Origin: a bacterium | GTDB taxonomy: Bacteria; UBA8248; JACPRG01; G963555815 | DNA length: 64,000 bases | NCBI GenBank assembly: GCA_965218795.1 | Contig: OZ244653.1 | Span: 4,928,001 to 4,992,000, forward strand | Reading direction: 5' to 3' | In this document: positions 1 through 9,785 of the stretch, in pieces | Layout of the letters: every line of letters begins with the position of its first letter | Position numbering within the stretch: position 1 is the first letter of the stretch | Made by a program: the position numbers and the translations under genes | The notes under the pieces: generated by a model | What the model saw: only the letters and a program-made list of their open reading frames with translations | The model's database searches: none | Told to the model about the DNA's origin: nothing

Positions 1-347
1 TGATCCAGACGGACGACTTCACCGCCGTACCGCTCGGCCATTTCGCACATCCGGGTGCCGAAGAAACCGTGGACCGCGATAATGACTTTGTCGCCGGGTT
101 CGATCAGCGATCCGAAGCAGGAGTCCATGCCTGAAAACCCTGTTCCCTGAACCGGAAATGTCGTTTTGTTCTTGGTTTGGAAGACGTCGCGAAGGTTCTG
201 CGCGACCTCGTCCATGACTTCGATGTAGGCCGGGTCGAGATATCCAATCATCGGGTTGTTCATTGCTCGAAGAACACGAGGGTCCGCCAGACTGGGCCCG
301 GGACCCAGTAGGATTCGTTCGGGAATCGCATCCTGATGATCTTGCAT
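1..347 (-). CDS. Class V PLP aminotransferase (alanine-glyoxylate/serine-pyruvate family), N-terminal part, runs off the window
   Basis: Not in the ORF track. Manual translation from ATG 347: MQDHQDAIPERILLGPGPS...GTGFSGMDSCFGSLIEPGDKVIIAVHGFFGTRM, with the LLGPGP and GxFGxR motifs typical of the family. Confidence 0.88.
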   Translation of the reverse strand, partial: MQDHQDAIPERILLGPGPSLADPRVLRAMNNPMIGYLDPAYIEVMDEVAQNLRDVFQTKNKTTFPVQGTGFSGMDSCFGSLIEPGDKVIIAVHGFFGTRMCEMAERYGGEVVRLD

Positions 348-467
348 GTCGATCCGTCTCCCAGGTGCAGAAAAACTGAATCAAAAGGGGTTACCATTCA
401 TTTTCAAGCCATTCTTTCACAATCATAGCCCAGGCGAAGGTCCGCGGCAAAGCGTAAGGGCTTCATT

Positions 468-1616
468 TCAAATGAATTTTTCCGCAACGGCGTCGGCCAC
501 GAGCCGCCCGGATGCGGAGAGCCGAATTCGATTCCCCTCCAAGATGACATGTCCGTCATCGACCAGTTCCCGGAGGGTATCGGAGAATTCCTCGAAGGGT
601 TGAGTGCCCGTTCGCCGGCCGACCGCGCTCAGATCGATACCTTCCCTGATCCGAAGCCCCAGCATCAAAGCCTCTCCCGCAGCCTTTCGAGGGGGGAGGG
701 ACTCGCTCTCTTCCATGGCGTGACCCTCCCTCAAGACGGCCTCCTGATACTCGGTCGGCAGATTGAAATTTCGTGAACGGACGCCCTTGAGGTAGGAATG
801 GGCGCCGGCGCCGATGCCCAGATACTCTCCGCCGGTCCAGTAGTTGCAATTGTGAAGGCAGCGAAATCCCGGTCGGGCATAATTGGAAGTCTCATAATGC
901 TCATATCCCTCGAATTCCAGGCGCGCCTCCGTCCACTGATGCATCGTGTTGAGCCGCTCATCATCCAAGGTGACGCCAAACCGGCGGGCGAGAGGGGTGC
1001 CGGGCTCCAAGGTCAATTCGTACACCGAAAGGTGAGGAGGGCAGAGTTCCACCGCTTCCTTCAGAGATTTCATCCAATCGGAGAGACTTTGCCCGGGAAG
1101 GCCATACATGAGGTCAATGGAGTAGTTTTGAAATCCTGCGTCCAGCATACAATCGATCGCTTTTCGCGCCGTCTCGGCGTCATGCAGACGGCCGAGAAAA
1201 CGAAGTTCGGTGTCGCGAAAAGACTGGACGCCGAGGCTTAATCGATTAATGCCCGCGGCTCGAAGGTCTTCGAGAATTTTCCTGGTCACCGTCCCCGGAT
1301 TGGCTTCCAGGGTCCGTTCCGTCGGCTGTCCGGCTGGTTCCAGGGGCGCCACCTGCTTGAGGAGATCCTGGATAAACTCGGGCGGAGCGAGGGAAGGGGT
1401 TCCTCCTCCGAAAAAGACCGATCGGACCAAGGGCGGGCGTGGCTCGGACCGCCTGGATATTTTTTCCAACCGAACCGCCAACTCTTGCTTCAGGGCCTCG
1501 AAATAGGTCCGGAACAAGTCTGGGTCGCCTCGGCCCACTGCATACGCATTGAAGTCGCAGTAATGGCACCGGCTTGGACAAAATGGCCAGTGAATGTAAA
1601 TGGAATATTCAGACAA
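468..1616 (-). CDS. hemW: Radical SAM heme chaperone HemW (HemN-like)
   Basis: YIHWPFCPSRCHYCDF (CxxxCxxC), GGGTPS, EANP, RLSLGVQS, YETSNY, HNCNYW, GIGAGAHS. Confidence 0.92.
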   Translation of the reverse strand: MSEYSIYIHWPFCPSRCHYCDFNAYAVGRGDPDLFRTYFEALKQELAVRLEKISRRSEPRPPLVRSVFFGGGTPSLAPPEFIQDLLKQVAPLEPAGQPTERTLEANPGTVTRKILEDLRAAGINRLSLGVQSFRDTELRFLGRLHDAETARKAIDCMLDAGFQNYSIDLMYGLPGQSLSDWMKSLKEAVELCPPHLSVYELTLEPGTPLARRFGVTLDDERLNTMHQWTEARLEFEGYEHYETSNYARPGFRCLHNCNYWTGGEYLGIGAGAHSYLKGVRSRNFNLPTEYQEAVLREGHAMEESESLPPRKAAGEALMLGLRIREGIDLSAVGRRTGTQPFEEFSDTLRELVDDGHVILEGNRIRLSASGRLVADAVAEKFI

Positions 1617-1932
1617 CGGTTTGACTCGTTTATGCTGAGGGGATAGCCGATGTGTGCACTCTCCTTAAATGAGTAGTCGAAAAAATGAAAGCGGCAAGCA
1701 TAAAGTGAATCGACTGAAATTATCACGTCAAACGGATATCAACGATTATTCGTGAGCAGCAACCTAACAAAACAATTTTCAGTGGCTTACAGGATGCGGG
1801 AATCTATATTCTGTGCATCGGCTACGGTTGAGTATCAATCTTGCTTTTGGAAATTGTTGAGGCTATTATGGTATCGTGTGTGTGGGCCTCAATATGCGGT
1901 GCGCTGAAAAACCATCGAATTCAAGGGAGCCT

Positions 1933-2484
1933 ATGGAAATGTGGTCAAAATCATCGAACCCGGATAAGACGCCGGATCAGCCTTCCGAGCTGTCCATCGA
2001 CGTCGGTGAGTCCAAGAAATCCCCACCGGCCATGACTTCCACGCCCGCGGGGGGGCCTCAGGCCAAGATCGGAAGGACCATCGTTGTCCGGGGAGAACTC
2101 ACGGGGGGTGAAGATCTGACCATCGAAGGCAGGGTCGAAGGAAAAATCAGTTTGGAGGATCACCACCTGACAGTAGGAGAAACCGGCAATATATCCGCCG
2201 AAGTCATAACAAAGACCGCGACGATCATAGGCCGGATGGAAGGAAACTTGATCGCCAAAGAGAAGCTCGAAATTACAGAATCGGGTTCTGTGATGGGTGA
2301 TATCAAGGCCCCGCGAATCGTCGTTGCCGATGGAGCCAGGCTCAAAGGCTCAGTGGACATGGCCAGTGGAAACGGCTCGACATCGAGAAACTCACCCGTT
2401 GCAGCCTCCTCTCCGAAGCGAAAGGAAGGGGAGACGCCCCAGAAATCCCCCGTCAGCGAAGCCACCGCCCAGAAGGGGTCTTGA
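1933..2484 (+). CDS. Bactofilin / polymer-forming cytoskeletal protein
   Basis: IGRTIVVRGELTGGEDLTIEGRVEGKI...GDIKAPRIVVADGARLKGSVDM beta-helix with disordered termini; GGGAG upstream of ATG 1933. Confidence 0.9.
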   Translation: MEMWSKSSNPDKTPDQPSELSIDVGESKKSPPAMTSTPAGGPQAKIGRTIVVRGELTGGEDLTIEGRVEGKISLEDHHLTVGETGNISAEVITKTATIIGRMEGNLIAKEKLEITESGSVMGDIKAPRIVVADGARLKGSVDMASGNGSTSRNSPVAASSPKRKEGETPQKSPVSEATAQKGS

Positions 2485-2593
2485 AAAGAGCATCGTGAGC
2501 CTCCATTTTTAGAGCTTTTTCCAATCCGGCGAGAAATTCCATCTTGTTGTCTCCGCTCGAATGTCAACCGCTTGACCTGGAGGAAGGGTCGGT

Positions 2594-3349
2594 TTGTTCG
2601 TAGGCAAACGCAGGGAAGCCCATAGGTGGAACGATAAGGTTACCAATGAGTTGTTCCTCTGGAAAAAATTCGTGGCGGACGAATCGCCGGCGGCCACTCC
2701 GGAGCCTGATGAAGAAGACATCGGATATTGTGTATCGAAGGCAATGGGGCCTTTTCTGACCTCGGTCGAGAGATTCGAGCGGCCGACCATTCTGGATCTG
2801 GGGCCCGTCACCAACTGCAACCTCTCATTCTACGGCGATATGGGCTGGAAGGTGTACGCTTTCGATCTGCTCCAGGAGTACAGGGAGGCCGTCGAGAAAG
2901 CCAGGTTGGTGCCCTGGGACGAGGATGAAGGCCCCGATCCAAATCCCATCGGGGAGATCCTGAAAGACTTTCAATATGAGCCCGGTTCCTTGAACGGAGT
3001 CCTTTGCTGGGATGTTCTGGACAAGCTCCCTCCGATTTGGCTCGGGGATTTGCTCCGCCGGTTATCCTTGGCTTTAGAGGGGGGAGGCGTGATCTTCTCG
3101 ATGTTTGGAATGCCATTCGGCGATATCGGTGGCGAGCAATACCGCGGATTTCGTATTCGGGAGGAGAACCGGCTGGAGCCCATACCGGACGTGGGAACCC
3201 GGTTGGAGCCTTACCAGTACGAGAACGGAGACATTATGAGCCTGTTCTTGGACTTCAAGGTCTTGTACTTCTTTTTCATGAAAAACAACGTTCGTGAAAT
3301 TCTCGTCCAGAAGCAACTCCAGGCCAGTCTTAAAGAAGTGACCGCCTGA
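2594..3349 (+). CDS. Class I SAM-dependent methyltransferase-like protein (true start probably TTG 2651)
   Basis: ILDLGP motif I and GVLCWDVLD motif; directly downstream of bactofilin. Confidence 0.65.
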   Translation: MFVGKRREAHRWNDKVTNELFLWKKFVADESPAATPEPDEEDIGYCVSKAMGPFLTSVERFERPTILDLGPVTNCNLSFYGDMGWKVYAFDLLQEYREAVEKARLVPWDEDEGPDPNPIGEILKDFQYEPGSLNGVLCWDVLDKLPPIWLGDLLRRLSLALEGGGVIFSMFGMPFGDIGGEQYRGFRIREENRLEPIPDVGTRLEPYQYENGDIMSLFLDFKVLYFFFMKNNVREILVQKQLQASLKEVTA

Positions 3350-3440
3350 CCCGCTTGATTTTTCAAATCAGCCTGTGAAGGAAGGGGATTGGTCCGTCTG
3401 TGGGAGAGGGACTTTCGATGGGGAGCGGGTTCATGAATTT

Positions 3441-6119
3441 CTAGTCCTCCTCCTCCTCCTCTTCTTCGTCCTCCTCCTCTTCGGCAGTGGTGACAACCCC
3501 TTCGGGAATTCCCTTCACCTCTCCTTTTCCGCCGTCGTAATGGAAGAGGTAATCCCGGATCGCGCCGATCTGCTTATTGGCGTCTCCCTTCCAGACCGTT
3601 TCCAAGGGGCTCTGGTCCCCGCTGAAGAAGGTGGGCATTCGGGTCCCCGGCTGAAGTGTTTGCGGGTCCTTCAGCCATTGATCAATCCAGGCGGGACGCA
3701 ATCGGCTCTTGGTCATTCTCAGGTCGGGCGCGAGGTCCGCCAAGGGGACGCCTTCCACGAATCCCTGGTGACATTCCAGGCACTGGAAGTTCTGGAAGAT
3801 GTATTTGCCGACGGCTGAGCTTTCGCGGATGGCCTGATTCGGGTTTTCAGAGGTGACGAACTGGTAGGGGTCCACGAACTGGTAAGGGGTCTTCAGGTCG
3901 ATACCCTTCTCTTGTGCGATGAAGTAGCGGACCAGGTCCGCCGCTTCCTGATCCGTCAATCCGAACTTGGGCATCCAGATGCCATCGTTCAGCGAGGGCC
4001 GCAACGGAATGGGCTTCTTTAGAAAGCTGTACAGCCAATGAGGTTGTACCTTGGCCCCTTCTCCGTTGAGGATGGGCGGCGCGAGATTCTTGTCCTTGTA
4101 GTATTGGCGGACGAATCCCCCCCTATTTTCGATGACGTGACATCCCGTGCAGTTGAATCGTTCCGCGACCCGGCGTCCCCGTTCCAACGCCTCCTCCCGG
4201 TGATGCAAATGTCGGACGAATCTCTCCGGCATATAGTGGCCGTTCCACCTGCGCAGGAATGTCCGGAGGGCACCGACCTCTTTGTCCGTCAGGTAGAAGT
4301 TCGGCATCCGCAGGCTGATCCGGTCCGTGGTGAAGAGGCGGGGATTTTTCAGCTTGGCGAAGACCCACGATTCCCAGTCCTCGTGAATTTCCGTCACATC
4401 GCCGAAGTCCAGCTCGGCCGGACCTTTGTTGGCAAAGGTCGTCAGCTCGACGCTCAGCCGGCCGAGCTTGTCGGTTTTCTCGATGTCGTGGCAGCCATAG
4501 CACCCATAATTCTCCACCAGCCAGCGGCCGCGGCGGATCAGGGCGGGGTCTTCGATCTGGGCGGCGAACTTCGCATTGGCCGGGGCAGGCTTGCCCTTCG
4601 TGAGGAGATAAGCGGCGATGTCCTGCACTTCCTTTTCGGGAAGCTTGAGATTGGGCATCACCGTGCCGGGGTCATAATGGCGGGGGTTTTGAAGCCAGTT
4701 GACCAGCCAGTCCGGCTTGACCTTGGAGGCTACGCGGCTCAGGCTGGGCCCGTGATCGCCGCCCTTCCCATCGATGTTGTGGCAGGCCAAGCAGCCACGG
4801 GTCTCAAAGAGGCGCTTGCCGTTCTTGACGGCTTGTTCGCGATTGTCACCGGTTTTGAACTTGAGAAGAGGCCCCGATGCTGGCAGGCTTTTGGACGCGT
4901 CCAGCAGATAGGCCGTAATCGCCGTCGCCTCGTCAGGCTTGAACGCGAAATAGGGCATCTTGGTTTTCGGCAGGTAGGACCGCGGCTCCAGAATCCATCC
5001 GACCATCCATTCGGGACGGAACTTCTCGGTGGATTTCATGAGCGTCGGTCCGACCTTCGGAAGGTTCTCAAACCCCTGCAAAAGGTGACAGCCATGGCAG
5101 CCCAGCTCTCTGAACATGCGCTGTCCCGCGGAAACCACTGGCGCATCGGGGATTTCCAGCCTTTGGGTATGGCACTTCAGGCAGTTGGTCTGGATGTCAT
5201 CGCCACGCAAAAGGGGCTGTTCCCAGAACTCGAGATGCTCTCCGGTCTTGAGGTCGATCCCGTGGGCTTTGGTCAGGCTGTTCAGGGCTTTGCCTTGCCC
5301 CCCGTGACAGAGGACACATCCGAAGGTCTTGACAGGGTGCTTGCCCAATAGAACGACCCGATTGGGATGCGTCTTGAAGGGGGCCGGGAAGTTTTCAAAG
5401 CCGGCGCGGTCGGCTCCCTGATGACAGGTCTGGCAGCGATCGACGGTGTCGACGGGTTCATTGAAATTGCTGAGTTCGACGCCCTGAATGACAGTCTGGT
5501 GAATGGCGGGCACCCGGCGCTCGATGGCGGCCAGCCTCCGCTTCAGCGCTTCGACCCGGCTTCCGACCTCGAACCTTTCCTTTTCCAATTTCTGGAGGGG
5601 TTCCCGTATTTTCTCCACCGCCTCTTTGGCCATGGCGGCCTGCTCGAGTAACTCGCTCTCGGCGCTTCCCAGCTTGACGGCCCTCGTCTGAATCTCGTCA
5701 AATCGCGCCTTTTCGGCGACGCCGGGCTTTCCTTCATGGATGGCGTGTTTGTATTCGTAGTACGCTTCATCGCGCTCGCTTCGCGTGAATTTGTTCTCCA
5801 GGGAGACTTTTTCCAGATTGACCTCGACGTCCGCGAGGCGGCCTCTGGCCGCCGCCAGCTTTTCGCTGCGGGCCAGTTCCTGCCCGGCCTTTTGGATAGC
5901 CGCCCCAAACCGCGACATCCTGGCTGCCACCTTTGAATTCTCCTGGGCGAGCGATTTGCGGACCGATCCGGCTTCCAGCCGATTGAATTCGGCTTGGTAG
6001 TCTTTCCATGGGCGGCGGTAGGTCACTTCGTCCCAGATGGACCAGATGATGCTGGCCAGCAGGACCATGGCGGTGACGAAAAAGAAGCGTGCTTTTGAGG
6101 ATCTTTCTACTGGCGGCAT
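3441..6119 (-). CDS. Membrane-anchored octaheme cytochrome c subunit of the Rieske/cytochrome b complex
   Basis: N-terminal TM helix, long coiled-coil, 8 CxxCH motifs (CQTCH, CVLCH, CLKCH, CHGCH, CLACH, CYGCH, CTGCH, CLECH), poly-Glu tail. Confidence 0.9.
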   Translation of the reverse strand: MPPVERSSKARFFFVTAMVLLASIIWSIWDEVTYRRPWKDYQAEFNRLEAGSVRKSLAQENSKVAARMSRFGAAIQKAGQELARSEKLAAARGRLADVEVNLEKVSLENKFTRSERDEAYYEYKHAIHEGKPGVAEKARFDEIQTRAVKLGSAESELLEQAAMAKEAVEKIREPLQKLEKERFEVGSRVEALKRRLAAIERRVPAIHQTVIQGVELSNFNEPVDTVDRCQTCHQGADRAGFENFPAPFKTHPNRVVLLGKHPVKTFGCVLCHGGQGKALNSLTKAHGIDLKTGEHLEFWEQPLLRGDDIQTNCLKCHTQRLEIPDAPVVSAGQRMFRELGCHGCHLLQGFENLPKVGPTLMKSTEKFRPEWMVGWILEPRSYLPKTKMPYFAFKPDEATAITAYLLDASKSLPASGPLLKFKTGDNREQAVKNGKRLFETRGCLACHNIDGKGGDHGPSLSRVASKVKPDWLVNWLQNPRHYDPGTVMPNLKLPEKEVQDIAAYLLTKGKPAPANAKFAAQIEDPALIRRGRWLVENYGCYGCHDIEKTDKLGRLSVELTTFANKGPAELDFGDVTEIHEDWESWVFAKLKNPRLFTTDRISLRMPNFYLTDKEVGALRTFLRRWNGHYMPERFVRHLHHREEALERGRRVAERFNCTGCHVIENRGGFVRQYYKDKNLAPPILNGEGAKVQPHWLYSFLKKPIPLRPSLNDGIWMPKFGLTDQEAADLVRYFIAQEKGIDLKTPYQFVDPYQFVTSENPNQAIRESSAVGKYIFQNFQCLECHQGFVEGVPLADLAPDLRMTKSRLRPAWIDQWLKDPQTLQPGTRMPTFFSGDQSPLETVWKGDANKQIGAIRDYLFHYDGGKGEVKGIPEGVVTTAEEEEDEEEEEEED

Positions 6120-6149
6120 GGTTTCACCCGATGTATGGACGAATCATCA

Positions 6150-7046
6150 TTAGATGTTGAACCAGGGCGTCACCCAGATGTACTTGATGTTGAACATGAT
6201 TCTCAGGAGGGCTTTGATGACCAGCGCCATCATCGAGAGGAACAGTAAGGCCTTGATGGCGTACCGTGTGATTCCGACATTCTCGTAACCCCCCGTCTTC
6301 ATTCGATAGACGTACCAGAGGACCCCGAGGAAATAGTACCCCGAGACGAAGAAGGCCCCCGTATGGAAGGAAGGGGAGGTGAGAAACGTATCGATACTGC
6401 CCGCAGGTTCGGTCTTGAACCCAAACAGCTTGAAGGGCAGATCGACATTGGTCAGCGCGACGATCTTATGCGGATCCCACTCCTGACCCGGCAAAAAGAA
6501 GTTCCACCCCGGGCCTCGAAGAAACACACCGTTGATGATCAGGACGACCCAGAGAACGACGAATCCGAAGAGGAAGATGAGAACGGCCACGCGGCGTTCA
6601 CGATAGGTGTAGTAACCGTTTCCCTGGGGGTTGATGTCGATGTAGGGAATGACCATAAGGCCGACAATAATCAGACTGGGGAGTACCACCCCCGCGACCC
6701 AGGGATCGAAATAAACGAGCATTTCCTGGAGTCCCAGGAAGTACCAGGGCGCCTTGGACGGGTTGGGCGTGAGGGAGGGGTTGGCCGGCTCTTCCAGGGG
6801 GGCATCGAGGCCCACGGACCAGACTGTCAACAGAATCATCACGCACAAGGCGCACAGGAACTCCGCGCGCACGAGGTAGGGCCAGACGTGGACTTTATCC
6901 GCCTCCCGCGTCCGAGTCCGCTTCGCCACGCGGAACTGACCCACGGTCTGGGCCGCTGGAGAACCTACCGCTTCCGGGTTTTGAGGATCGGGAGCCTGGC
7001 TGGCCTGGTCTTCCGGATTAACCGGCGTCTTTTTCCCTTTTGCCAT
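6150..7046 (-). CDS. Cytochrome b C-terminal subunit (subunit IV/PetD-like) with extra TM helices
   Basis: LDAPLEEPANPSLTPNPSKAPWYFLGLQE (APWY at the PEWY position), IPYID, multiple TM helices. Confidence 0.85.
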   Translation of the reverse strand: MAKGKKTPVNPEDQASQAPDPQNPEAVGSPAAQTVGQFRVAKRTRTREADKVHVWPYLVRAEFLCALCVMILLTVWSVGLDAPLEEPANPSLTPNPSKAPWYFLGLQEMLVYFDPWVAGVVLPSLIIVGLMVIPYIDINPQGNGYYTYRERRVAVLIFLFGFVVLWVVLIINGVFLRGPGWNFFLPGQEWDPHKIVALTNVDLPFKLFGFKTEPAGSIDTFLTSPSFHTGAFFVSGYYFLGVLWYVYRMKTGGYENVGITRYAIKALLFLSMMALVIKALLRIMFNIKYIWVTPWFNI

Positions 7047-7132
7047 GGTTCGATTCGTCTTTCAGCGAGGTCGGCCGGCAGAACACGGCAATCCCCGTTC
7101 CTGTGAGTCCGATCACAACCGGAGCGCGCCCC

Positions 7133-7918
7133 TCAAAGCGGGCCCGAGATGCCTCCGTCTTTCCGAATTCGCCAGAAATGAACGATCATCAATACACCGG
7201 CGACAATGGGCAGGACGATGCAATGGAGGACGTAGAAACGAAGCAAGGCCGGCGGTCCGACAATCGTTCCCCCCAAAAGAACCGATCGCGCGTCATATCG
7301 CGGCGTAACGCCCACCATTTCTGCGAAAGGCCCTTCGTGGCCCAGCAGGGGGGTCGCGCGGGCCATGTTGGTTCCGACGGTGACGGCCCAAATGGAAAGC
7401 TGGTCCCAAGGCAGCAAGTAACCCGTAAAGCTCAACAGCAGCGTGAACACCAGAAGGAGCACGCCGACGACCCAATTGAATTCCCGGGGCGGCTTGTAGG
7501 ATCCCGTCATGAAGACACGGAACATGTGAAGCCAAGTGGTGATGACCATCGCATGAGCCGCCCAGCGGTGCATGTTCCGCATCAGCATGCCGAACGGCGC
7601 GTCGAATTCCAGGTACTTGATATCCGCGTAAGCGTACTCCCCGACCGGCCGATAATAGAACATGAGGATGACGCCCGTGACGGTCAACACCAGGAACATC
7701 AGGAACGTTATCCCACCCATGCACCAGGTAAATCGGACGCGAAGGGCATGCCGCCGGATCTTGGCCGGATGGAGATGAAGCCAAACGTTGTTGGCCACTT
7801 GGAGTACGCGGTTTCGAGGAGTGTCGGCGTATCCATGCCGGAACATGGACTTCCATACGTAGGAATCGAACATCCTCTGAGACAACTCATTCAGACTGGG
7901 CAGCTTCAGTTTCGCCAA
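7133..7918 (-). CDS. petB: Cytochrome b N-terminal subunit (cytochrome b6-like)
   Basis: [15 protein letters not shown]...[19 protein letters not shown]-x14-H in helix D, C-terminal GGISGPL. Confidence 0.92.
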   Translation of the reverse strand: MAKLKLPSLNELSQRMFDSYVWKSMFRHGYADTPRNRVLQVANNVWLHLHPAKIRRHALRVRFTWCMGGITFLMFLVLTVTGVILMFYYRPVGEYAYADIKYLEFDAPFGMLMRNMHRWAAHAMVITTWLHMFRVFMTGSYKPPREFNWVVGVLLLVFTLLLSFTGYLLPWDQLSIWAVTVGTNMARATPLLGHEGPFAEMVGVTPRYDARSVLLGGTIVGPPALLRFYVLHCIVLPIVAGVLMIVHFWRIRKDGGISGPL

Positions 7919-7928
7919 GGCTCGTTCC

Positions 7929-8465
7929 TTATGCCCTCAGAAAGGCTTCCGGGTTGGTCCATTCCCCTTTTTCCTGTCGGAATCGTACCGCCTTATCAAT
8001 GACGATCTCGCCCTCTTCGTTCATTGCGATCTTCACACGCTCCAGGGGACGGGGCGCGGGACCCTCAAAGTTGACCCCCGAACGCCGGAATCCGCTTCCG
8101 TGACAGGGGCATTTGAACTTGTTCTCAGACGCCAGCCAGCGGGGAGTGCATCCAAGGTGGGTGCAGATGGCCAGCAGGGCATAGATGCTGCCGTCCTTTT
8201 CCCGGACGATCCAGACCCGCTTCGACAGCTTGAATTTCTCGCTGACCACCCCGACGACGTAATCGTCCGGTTGGCCGGCTTCAAAGCTGGAGGAAGGCTC
8301 GAAGAGCACACGCGGGAACATGAACCGCAACATCCCCAGCGCGCCGATGCCCAGCGAGAGAAGGAACCCGCCCCAGGCCGCCACCGAAAGAAAATGTCTC
8401 CGGGCAAAGGTATCCCGTTCTTTTCTCAGCCTGGGCGTGCGAGCTTCCTGTATGTGTTCGGTCAT
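7929..8465 (-). CDS. Rieske [2Fe-2S] subunit
   Basis: Tat motif ARRHFL plus TM helix; CTHLGC and CPCHGS; GPAPRPL. Confidence 0.95.
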   Translation of the reverse strand: MTEHIQEARTPRLRKERDTFARRHFLSVAAWGGFLLSLGIGALGMLRFMFPRVLFEPSSSFEAGQPDDYVVGVVSEKFKLSKRVWIVREKDGSIYALLAICTHLGCTPRWLASENKFKCPCHGSGFRRSGVNFEGPAPRPLERVKIAMNEEGEIVIDKAVRFRQEKGEWTNPEAFLRA

Positions 8466-8507
8466 GAACGGCTCAACTGCTCCGGAGAGGAAGGGGGGCG
8501 CGTCACC

Positions 8508-8525
8508 ATGTGAACAATTTCACAA
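8508..8525. promoter_or_regulatory. Palindromic operator, Rex-like or CRP/FNR-family, upstream of the Rieske/cyt b operon
   Basis: ATGTGAA-CAAT-TTCACAA: one mismatch to Rex TTGTGAA-N4-TTCACAA, exact match to CRP TGTGA-N6-TCACA; 42 nt before the Rieske start. Confidence 0.6.
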
Positions 8526-8863
8526 ATCCGATTGCGATATTCAACCCCGTCTTTCGCTCAGTTCTACGCCGCGTTTGACGGTGAATTGAAGTCTCCGACC
8601 GATTGGTCGGAAGAGTGTCCTGGATAACCGGCCCGGAGCCGCCGGGCACTCCCCCAAAAAATCCATACAACCATTATGGATTATATATCGAGAGATCAAT
8701 TCAGTTGTCAACCCGCCCGCGACCGGTCAAGTAGCCTTGGAGGCCGTTTCTTCCTTATTTTGACTCTAAGTTCGGGGATTTCATCTTAATACGTCAATAG
8801 AGTTTGACCGAATGGCAATTCTCATCGTTTACGGTGTCCTTGCCGTTGGGCCCGCTCTCAAAG

Positions 8864-8975
8864 GTGGAGGAGCGTCTGATCGCCAAGGCCCTGGACGAGA
8901 CCGGGGAAAAAGCCCGAGGCGGCGCACCTCCTCGGGATCAGCCTGAAAACATTCTATAATAAGCTCAAAAAATGA
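8864..8975 (+). pseudogene. Frameshifted Fis-type HTH remnant (C-terminus of a sigma54 activator)
   Basis: VEERLIAKALDETG / frameshift / KPEAAHLLGISLKTFYNKLKK*. Confidence 0.7.
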
Positions 8976-9168
8976 AGGGAGAGCCCGAGGAGGAGTAACC
9001 GCCGGCCGTGTGCTGGCCCTTCGCTGACTGGGCAGCGTGTTCAACCACATGATCCTCAGGCTTGGACGACACAGGGCGGGCCGCTGACCCAAGCGGTCTC
9101 GTTTCTTTCTTGGTGAATGGATGTCTCCCGGATCCGGCCGTCAGGGTTCGAGGGACAGGGGAGGTTGT

Positions 9169-9669
9169 ATGCCGCTGACTGACGCCGAGCGCAATGTGAT
9201 GTCCGATTTTCTTGAAAGGGTGAAGGACCGTTTCGCCTCGGATGAGCGATTTTCGAACGTGTCCGACAGGGATCCCGGCGCGCCGGAAAGTGAGCCTCCG
9301 GCGCCCGAAATCTGGCTGGAATGTTGGGAGGACACCTGGGTCCGGGTGAATCCGCACCTGGAAAAGGTGGCCCTCCAAGTCTCCCTGGCGACGCGCGACC
9401 GGAACGTCAGCGAGGATATCGAGGGCAACGCCCTTCACCTGGGCGACACGTTCGAGGAGTTGCTGGAAGACGGACTGGAAGATGCCGGAGAAGAGGATGT
9501 CTACGGCGTCTATCACTATCATGACAGTGGGGTTTTCTATTTCGAATCCGATTTTCCGCTGAAGAAAGGCTGGGAGGCCTTGAAATCCGATGAGGTCCTC
9601 GACAAAGTCTGCAAGCTGGTCTCGGGCTATCCCTTCGGGTTCGGCCGATTCTTTATGGGGGAAGACTGA
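9169..9669 (+). CDS. Acidic hypothetical protein
   Basis: GGAGG RBS before ATG 9169; coding-like codon usage; no recognised motif. Confidence 0.7.
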   Translation: MPLTDAERNVMSDFLERVKDRFASDERFSNVSDRDPGAPESEPPAPEIWLECWEDTWVRVNPHLEKVALQVSLATRDRNVSEDIEGNALHLGDTFEELLEDGLEDAGEEDVYGVYHYHDSGVFYFESDFPLKKGWEALKSDEVLDKVCKLVSGYPFGFGRFFMGED

Positions 9670-9785
9670 GAGCGAGGATTCAGGCGGGCGCCCATCCGGC
9701 CGGGCTCGGATCAATCGGTTGGCCGCAGGACCGGTTGATCGGTGTTCGCGGTCTGGAGGGTATGGTTCATAAGGAGGTCACGGAA

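Noticed and set aside
8593-8652. Hairpins in the Rieske operon leader as a riboswitch
   Set aside because: Stems are present but match no family I recognise; an Rfam search would be needed.
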